Below, piece after piece: positions 40,997 through 49,700 of a stretch of DNA of 64,000 nt (position 1 is its first letter; the number at the start of each line of letters is the position of its first letter). Origin of the DNA: Antedon mediterranea (Eukaryota; Animalia; Echinodermata). A model generated the notes under the pieces. The model made no database searches and was not told where the DNA came from. It saw only the letters and a list, made by a program, of their open reading frames with translations. The DNA is taken from assembly GCF_964355755.1 (NCBI RefSeq), contig NC_092680.1, positions 18,547,045 to 18,611,044 of the forward strand. Reading direction: 5' to 3'. A program made the position numbers and the translations under genes.

Positions 40997-41405
40997 TAAT
41001 TAGGGACCCTAAGATACAGTACGGTGATTATGACTGTAATTAGGGACCCTAAGATACAGTACGGTGATTATGACTGTAATTAGGGACCCTAAGATACAGT
41101 ACGGTGATTATGACTGTAATTAGGGACCCTAAGATACAGTACGGTGATTATGACTGTAATTAGGGACCCTAAGATACAGTACGGTGATTATGACTGTAAT
41201 TAGGGACCCTAAGATACAGTACGGTGATTATGACTGTAATTAGGGACCCTAAGATACAGTACGGTGATTATGACTGTAATTAGGGACCCTAAGATACAGT
41301 ACGGTGATTATGACTGTAATTAGGGACCCTAAGATACAGTACGGTGATTATGACTGTAATTAGGGACCCTAAGATACAGTACGGTGATTATGACTGTAAT
41401 TAGGG
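40997..41405. repeat. Perfect 40-bp tandem array (TAATTAGGGACCCTAAGATACAGTACGGTGATTATGACTG) x10
   Basis: Ten identical units plus a partial unit; no variable spacers. Confidence 0.97.
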
Positions 41406-42379
41406 ATTGTGATTCGTTAAAACAATTAGTTGTACTAATGTAATTTTAATGCAGTTTTGTAAGAAATAAGGATTTTAAGTAAGTAATTGTAGGTAAAAAT
41501 AAAAGCTCGTAAGCTGTTTGCGACAATGTTTCCACTACGACCACAGTCCATATTCAAGGAACATCCCTATTAAGTGACACTTTGAAATAAAACTCGGACT
41601 TTGCCGTGAAACGAACAAGGAGTAATAATTATGTTATAACAATACGGCCAATCCCCATTCAGGGGAGACATCCATTTACATTAAAGGGACATTTTTGGTC
41701 TCGAAGGTGTCCGTCCCCTGTGTAACACTCGTGACTAAAGAATGATCACTATTTTAGTACTAAATAGGTATTAGTAAGTAAATTTGTGAGTGAAGGTATT
41801 TTTAAACGTGATTTTATTGATAAAAATAAACGAAATGCATTAATTCTCAATGCTAATAGTCTTTATTGATACGGCCCATCATGATTGATGTGTTTATATA
41901 CAAAAAATACAATAAAAAAGATATAAACACTAGGCTTAAGTTCAGCACTTAATTTTACAATTTCGATTATAGTATTATATAATTTCCACCTTAATTATAA
42001 GTAGATCTTCAGTCTGTAAGAGGTCGACTACTAAGTACATCTGTACTTTTTGTTCTACCTAGTCGCCTGAAGAATCTTCCTAATTCAGTTCATAATGCGA
42101 CTTCTATTGAAGTTTCAAAACGCTTTTTAAAACCCATACTTTTTTGTTCGTTGTAAGTTCGTTCTGTTTTTCTCTCATATTTATTTTAATTTTAAGCGCT
42201 TTGGAACAATCTGCTAAATTTTAAGTACAGGTGTTTTAAATGGCGATTTTGTATTTGTCCTCTTTCAAAATTATGTTTTTATGTTTTCACATGTCCTGCT
42301 GTTGTGGGGAAGCATATCTGGGGAATTACTGGAACAATCACCATTATTTCTATATAAATCAAACTCATAATCGGTCAAA

Positions 42380-44419
42380 TTAAATTATAAGAATTCGTTC
42401 ATTGCCGCTATCGGATATTAAAACTCTTCCATCCCTAAATACAGCAACATCCTCTGGTTCCCGTAGTGCAGATGAACTACTTTCAATGACACGCACACAG
42501 CTACCTTTAGTGTCAAACATTTGAACTCTGTTGTTACCGTAGTCTGCCACTAGTATATTACCCTTCCGATCCGCCACTATACCCCTGGGTCCACGGAGGT
42601 ATCCCGGGTCATTGCCTTTACCGTAGCCAATCTTTCCGAGAAAAGATCCATTAACTGCGGAGAAGATCTTAATGTTGTTTGATAGTTTGTCAGTGACATA
42701 CAAGTTATCTCTATGAATACATAGTCCTCTTGGTTTTCCTAAGCGAGTCGCGTCGCCAATACGTCGCAATAATACTCCTTCAATATTAAACACGTTTATG
42801 CAGTGATCATCAGGATCCACAATGTATATATTCCAATCAGTATCAACTGCTATGCCAATTAATGTGGTTCGAGCTTGCGCGGACTCAAGTTGTTTACAGG
42901 TGAATCCTAGAACATGTTCTCCAGTCCAATCAAAGATGTGTAACCTATAGTAACCGTCGACTACTATGACTTTGTTCTCAAAGTTTGTGGTCACGCCCAA
43001 TGGGCATTTTAGTGGATATTTTCCACGATCGCTGCGTAAGGTTCGTATGTGAGTTCCAATGTCGTTGAAAATACGGACGCAGTTGTTCCCTTTATCAGCT
43101 ACTACAATAGATCGGTCTTCTGTTATAGCGACACCGGACGGTCCTCCAATAAATAATCGGTTATGACGAAAGTATTTTTGACCTAGGCATCTTGGAGTGG
43201 CAGAAAGACTGACAGTTGATTGCTCTTGCAGAAGAGTGTCGCTCTCTGCCAATGTGGTAGCACCAGATGGAGAATGAAACATGTTCGGATTGAACACTTG
43301 CAAATCACGTGGTGACTGACCAATAGAAATCTCATTAATGGTTGGCCTCGGTTCATTCATCATTGTAGGTGAAATCAAGTCTTTGTTGTGGAGGTCACCA
43401 CTGAGATCATTTGGTTCTGTAAGTTTGGCTGTCTTGCACAACGATTGATAGGAAACCGGAGTGTCAGAATTTGACCTCATCAACTGATACTCAACATTAC
43501 TTTGGTGAGATAGTGACCTTGCTTCAAGATTTTCCAACATCAACTCAGGTCCTAGATATGCCGCGCCGCCAGCCGACAAATGAGGTGGTCTTACAGGTAA
43601 TTCGGGGGCTATCTGCGCTGCACTGTTCATTTCCTCGTAAACCAAAGAGTTATCAAATGAACCAACTTCATTTAAGCATTTTACCGCGTCTTCAAAATGT
43701 GTCTCAATGAACACCATTTTTCTGTCGTTTGACATGTATTGTCTATACAGAACATGTAGTTGATCTAAACACTCACTACATTTTTCAATAAGTTTTTTCA
43801 TCTCGTGAACCTGATTTACAGAAGTCATACTCTTTTCTGCGTATTCAATGAAAGATGTTGCGTTATTCACTTGTAGCTCTGAATTGCTATGTAATTGATC
43901 GGCGTCTAAAATGTCTATTTCCTGCAGTAAAATAGCTTCCCTCTCTTCTATGCGTTGTCGCAGACGGTCAAAACAACTTTTCACTTGATTACGCAAGCAC
44001 GCGCATTTATCAGCAAACTCTTTCATGGAGTATGACGTTAGTTGACATTGACAACGAAGATCGGTTAATTTCCAACGAAGTTCGTCTGCCTGTTGGTCAA
44101 AAGTCTTCGGTACTAATTTAGGTGGTCTTGGTGGAGGCGTTGGTGGTTGAACGTTTCTACTGTATCTATCAAGCATCGAGATTGCTTGTATCATTGTCAA
44201 GTCATTTGGGAACCCAGTGCAGCCAGCACATGGAACATCGACCACCGCGCGGCAGGAAGAACAAACAACTCTTCCACTTATTTCTCCAGACATTCTTTGA
44301 ACACACGACAAACAAAGGGTGTGTCCACATGGTAGTAATTTCGGCAGCCTCTCATTTTCGTTGTAGTCTTCGTAACAGACAGAACACTCGACAAGTCGGT
44401 TCAAACCTTTGGTGGCCAT
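42380..44419 (-). CDS. RING finger, coiled coil and NHL-repeat protein (TRIM2/TRIM3/TRIM71-like E3 ligase, no recognisable B-box), single coding exon, 679 aa
   Basis: ATG at 44419 (MATKG), preceded by an acceptor near 44443. RING CSVC...LPCGHTLCLSC...CSSC; helical BBC-like region; about six NHL repeats (PSGVAI, PLGVTT, IGIAVD, PRGLCI, PRGIVAD..ILVADYGNNRVQMF, PEDVAV). Confidence 0.88.
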   Translation of the reverse strand: MATKGLNRLVECSVCYEDYNENERLPKLLPCGHTLCLSCVQRMSGEISGRVVCSSCRAVVDVPCAGCTGFPNDLTMIQAISMLDRYSRNVQPPTPPPRPPKLVPKTFDQQADELRWKLTDLRCQCQLTSYSMKEFADKCACLRNQVKSCFDRLRQRIEEREAILLQEIDILDADQLHSNSELQVNNATSFIEYAEKSMTSVNQVHEMKKLIEKCSECLDQLHVLYRQYMSNDRKMVFIETHFEDAVKCLNEVGSFDNSLVYEEMNSAAQIAPELPVRPPHLSAGGAAYLGPELMLENLEARSLSHQSNVEYQLMRSNSDTPVSYQSLCKTAKLTEPNDLSGDLHNKDLISPTMMNEPRPTINEISIGQSPRDLQVFNPNMFHSPSGATTLAESDTLLQEQSTVSLSATPRCLGQKYFRHNRLFIGGPSGVAITEDRSIVVADKGNNCVRIFNDIGTHIRTLRSDRGKYPLKCPLGVTTNFENKVIVVDGYYRLHIFDWTGEHVLGFTCKQLESAQARTTLIGIAVDTDWNIYIVDPDDHCINVFNIEGVLLRRIGDATRLGKPRGLCIHRDNLYVTDKLSNNIKIFSAVNGSFLGKIGYGKGNDPGYLRGPRGIVADRKGNILVADYGNNRVQMFDTKGSCVRVIESSSSALREPEDVAVFRDGRVLISDSGNERILII

Positions 44420-46692
44420 ATTGAAGCTCAGTGGGGTTATTACCTGAAATAGAATAGATGAATTCAAGAAAAACTACTGGTACTGTACGTATACAGAATT
44501 TATATTTTTATTCATTTAAGGTACCTGATATCTGGTACAACCGGGGGTACAACTGATTATCGACAATCATTTAGGAACTTGTTTTGTGCATTAAATACTT
44601 TTAATACATGTTATCTCTGCCAGGTGCTATCTATTAGTAGTTAAACCATGCATTCTGACTGTGGATAGTCAGTTAGAATATATTTTATGACCGGGGGTAT
44701 TCTATAAATATGAGCACGATCATCATAATCTGCCTATATTGTGCAGAACCGCATTTCAGTATTGTAGTCGCACATGAAGTTTAGACCTATGTTAGGTATC
44801 GAATACCTCCACCCACCTGTATACCGTTAAGGTTATTTCTGTTTTCGCAATATAGCCTAATATACAATAAGCGCATGCAGTACACAAAATATTAATATCG
44901 TTTTATTTGGATACTAAAACAAATACGCATTTGTGAACGTTTGTTGGGATGTGGATCTTTTAGAAGAAACTAATTTCAAAATGTGAGTTGAATGAATGGG
45001 GTAACACAGAGGGCGCGTTTATATAACACGCTATTACACGCATATTCAACAAGTGTGTTGTATAACAACAAAAGAGATTCTGTGTAATGAGATTTTAATT
45101 GCAAAAAAAGGCTACTTGGCTGAATCCTAACATTTTGTGGATTCCCGGTTGCTGTTGGCGTGTTGGAAGTGTCCTCAGGGTATTGTTTTTACCTCTCGTT
45201 AAATATAAGTATGTGCTGTGAAAATGTTGACCAAATCTAGTAGATAATTGTGCTTTTTTTGCATATTTTAACTGATTTAGCACTTAATATTAACGCTAAT
45301 TAATGTTGGCATAATTTGGCAAAATTTAGCATAGTTTTATCCTAATTCTAAAACATTTTTTTTTAAATTTCAAAAGCAGATTTAAAAAATCAATAACTGA
45401 ATAAACTAAATTTTAAACGAAATCATCCGTTTTATTAAAATCCTTTAATAGACTAATATTAATTCATGCATGCGAGTATATATGTAACTTAGGATTATTA
45501 TGAACTATGGTATAACACGGTATTACGATTTAATGTACATAACTGCAAGGTTTTTGTGGGGTTGACCTCGGCCCGTGCAATACGCTAAAATGAAAGACGT
45601 GTTCAAATTTAGGGTGTTGTATAAAACAGCCAGAGACAAATCAATACGTGTTCATGAATAACCATTATCGTTGTAGGGTGAACACTGTAGAATCATGTAA
45701 ATATTTAGGCTCCTTAAACGTAATCACCAAACCCCCATACATACCATACGATCGAGAGAATATACATCAAAAATATTAACATACGTTTTACATTACTTAT
45801 CTTCTTACCTTCTTTCCACAACATTTATAGTATCCTTACATGAAGCAATTGCATTGTATTATCAACTAAACTGTTTTAATAAGAATGAACAACTAACACT
45901 ACTCTGATGTCAGACAAAAACAAACATTAGGTCTAAAGTTCACAACCGTTTACCTTTACCATGGAGTAAAGAATCTTTACTTTACTCCATGCCTTTACAC
46001 GATTTAGGTGAACAATGATGAATGAATGATAATCAGCTAGCCGTTAAATCTGTCATATTTTGGAATTAAATTATTTTATGTAAATCAGTAAATTATATTA
46101 TCATTTTGTATATTTTTAATTGAAATAAAATCAGTTAGACTTCCAACATATAATACGACATTATCATAGATAAAATGATGCAATGAATCATTTTTAGGCA
46201 CCACCAGTGTAGGCCTATTACCCTATACACTTCAGCCTAGTTTATTAACTATATTTTCTTACAAACATGGTATTATTTGTTAAATAAAAGTCACATAATG
46301 CTATATTTATTATGTATGTAGTTACAATTCTTGGAAATAACATACAAAACTATGTTGCTATGTTGTTAACTAATAATTAATGAGATGCATTATCTTGTTA
46401 TAAGAAGTCTTTGTTCCCTGCAAAACCATTTACTCCATAGGACGAGTGGTTTAAACAAAATTAATCTCTGATACAAATTTTAAACAGGTCTTTTGTTTTT
46501 AATAATTATAAATACCCTTTAATATGTAATCTCAAAAACATTTTGATTTATGCATATTCATTCTGTGTTATTTTCTTTAAAGTTTAAAAATAAAATGTAT
46601 CACCCCTTCTATTAAATGGAAGATTCTTGATTACGTATTTCTTCTCTCACATCATGTAACCTTTGACCTCTTGATTTGGGTAAAAAAAGAGG

Positions 46693-46702
46693 AAAATGGC
46701 GG
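46693..46702 (+). promoter_or_regulatory. YY1-type motif AAAATGGCGG just upstream of the ASXL start codon
   Basis: Exact match to the YY1 core about 90 nt before the ATG, in the divergent TRIM-NHL/ASXL region. Function is not shown. Confidence 0.4.
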
Positions 46703-46788
46703 AATTTACCTGAAATTGATCAAGAATATTGTGCAAGATTTTGTGATGTACGACTTGTAATTTTCAAAATTATTAAAACTAAGATAAA

Positions 46789-49700
46789 ATGAAAGCAAGG
46801 AAGAGAGCATCAAAAGGTCCTACTTGGGCCGAAGCTGCTGAAAAGGTGCGTATAACAATCGGAAATTACCCCGCCTTCGAATATGCCTTTTTTTGCCTTG
46901 GGAAGGCCTTGTTGATACAGTTTGTGTAAGGCTAGCTAGGCCTAGGCCCTCTAGGACTAGGTGGGTGGGTGCGGATGTTTAGTCTAATGTTCTTAATTTT
47001 AGGACTCAGGCCTATGATACCTTATCCTATAGGCCTAGGCCTATATATTATTAAATACGTCAGTACTTTTTATTTCAACGTATAATAATTTTAATGTGGT
47101 TTTTGTCAATTAATTTTTTAAAATGTTAATGCGTTGTCAGTTGTGATTAACTGTGTTTTACTGTTTTTTTTGTGTGTGTTCGTTTATATTTATATACTGT
47201 AGGCCTATATAGGTTGAACCTAGCCCAGATCTGCTAGCCTTAGTAGAGTAGTAGGCTAGCAGCGACATGTACTGTACACAGTGTCCACCTTCTTGTCAGT
47301 AGAAGCTTGACTAATTCCTTAATAGTGTTGTGATTTTAGGTCGGTGCTGGAATGGCCTGATAATGAAAGCTACTAGGCTTACCTTAACAGTCCCGCTTGT
47401 CCTAAATCACACAAGTATCCATAAGCAGTAAATCCAAATATCTTGGTCAATTCCGGTTGTGTCCGTTTCTCCTTGGTTCCTGCTTCGAATAGACCAGCTC
47501 GGGCGGCGTCGAGGTCCCACGTTAACATTTGCATACCCCCTGTATGCAAATCAGGCTATCGGGGCGACGCCCTCGTTCGGTCGGCGGGGTGGTCTGTTTA
47601 CCCAGCGGGCGCCGTTCACAACACTCCTCCCGTGTTTGAAAAGCGGGCACCCCGTCCTGGATCCACCTCGGGGGTAAACCGGGTGATTTTCGTACGTGAA
47701 AAAATACCCAATACCCGTAGCTATATAGACCGCTTCCAACGATCCCTTCAGGTAGTCACTAGCCGTGGGACATGCCTGTGGCACCGTCCTCCGCTTCCCT
47801 AGATACCTGAAAGATATAAATGAAAATAAATGTAAAACAGAACCATGTTCTTTTGAAACGGAAAACTTCTGGAAAACTGAAAACTTCTGGTTGTGGGTGA
47901 GCAAGGGGCTCAAAGGAGATCTCGACCGTTCTTCCATGTCAGATCAGTGACCTGCCTGGGGCTCCGGTCGAGCACCTGTCCCACGGCGACGGCGGTCGCC
48001 CACAGCAGATGAGGTGCTCCAACTGGGTATCCGGCAGGAGGATAATCCGGTCCGTTGGACCCCATCAGCAATCGCCGATCTTCATTGGTAGCGATGAAAC
48101 GCAGGCCCTTGCGTTGATCGGCCGTAAAGCCCGTCACTCGACTGGTCACGCTAAAGTATGTCCTGGGGAAATGTCGAAGGTAGGCGGTGGCTACGGCTTC
48201 CGTGGAAGCGTAGTCTGCCAGAAGCAGACGCTGTTCCTTCGACACACGACTTAGACGCAAGATGTCCAAGACGCGATAGTGGCACTCCTCCCCAGTGACA
48301 TCGCCTTGAACTCCAGAGACTTCAAGACACAGGATGCGGTGGTGGCGGCCGTCCAAGCAACGACCCAACACCCTCTTTAGCAGCAGATCTTGTCTCGGCC
48401 AATCTATAGGCGGGGCCGAATGGTCCAATCCCACTCTCCCGATTACTCGAACATCTCGAGTTCGGGCTAAGGCCAGGAGCCTATCGAATTGGACCGTTGT
48501 CGGCGAGTAGCCAGGAGCCACTCCCAAGCCCACCGCACAGCCGTTCCTCGCCAGTCCACCAATCTCCCGCTCGGTGGGGTAAGTGGTTGGATCGCCAAAC
48601 AGGGCAATCCCGCCTACCACTTCCACAGGCTGTGTTCCACTCCTCACCCGCACCGCTCGCTCCACGTCCCAGAGGTCCGCTCGTCTGGAAAGCTGCAGGT
48701 CCCTCTGCAACCGGTCCAGGTGAAAACAAGCATCGAACACCTTGGGTGCCGAACCAAGCGAAGCCGATGTACCCCGCACAATCGGTGGCGCCGCCACTGA
48801 TCTACCATCCTTCGGTGCCGGGGCATCGCGCTTGGTCGGTCGCTCTCCATGTTCTCCCTCTGCCGCCCTTCTCTTTGTCGACTTTTTGGCGATCTGGTCC
48901 ACTGCCGGCTCCTCCTCCTCAGCCCGACGACCACACTCCTTCACCAACTCCTCACCAAAAGAGGCAATGAGAGCGATCACACAGCGCCAGTGTATGAGAG
49001 CCGACGGGTGACTGATAACCGGAGCTATCGTGAGAGGCGGGGGCCTCTTTCCCCCAATCACCCGTGTCAGCATAAGGATGGCACTACGAGTTTTCCTATC
49101 CGGAGGTAGGACATCAGTGCCATCCCCCATAAGGTGCTGGACGTTCAGGAGACATCTCAGGTCCTCTGGTGTTCTGCCTTTACCAAGGCCCTCCGTTGCC
49201 AAACTGGTGAGTGCCCGCCACTGCACTCGTGCCCTCCGCCAAGAACTCCGTTCCAATGGCCGGAAACATGCCGGGGCATGCGTCTTCGTGACGTGGACCC
49301 GTATGTTGCTCACTGGACCACATCCCAGATGGCATTTTAGTTTCCGCTCGGCTGGGGTGCTCGCCACCGGGCAAGCCCCTCTCGTATCCCCAGCCGCTGT
49401 CTCTTCTTTCGGGGTCATCAGATGGCAGATTGGTTTCCCCTTGGCTGGGGTGCTCGCCGCCGGGCAAGCCCCTCCCGTATTCCCAGCCACCGTCAGTTCC
49501 TCCGGTACCCCCGGACTAGCCAAGAGCACATCCTCCTCCATCTCGGAAATCTCCGTATCACTTCCGTCAGCAAACGGTAACTGATCCATATCTGAGGAAG
49601 AAGAGAAGGTAAACGTGAGTACTTAATTGTTAACTGAGGACTTGCAGTCCGCACATCGATATAAGTCAATGTCCCAGGCCTCAGATAGTGCAATATTCAC

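Noticed and set aside
40997-41405. CRISPR-like regular repeat
   Set aside because: Units are identical head-to-tail with no unique spacers, there are no cas genes, and the context is eukaryotic.
47910-49589. Horizontally acquired bacterial tatD gene or contamination (GC-rich island)
   Set aside because: It lies between LTRs with a TSD inside an ASXL intron and has a spliceosomal acceptor, so the GC shift reflects the retroelement. The ultimate origin of the domain is untested.
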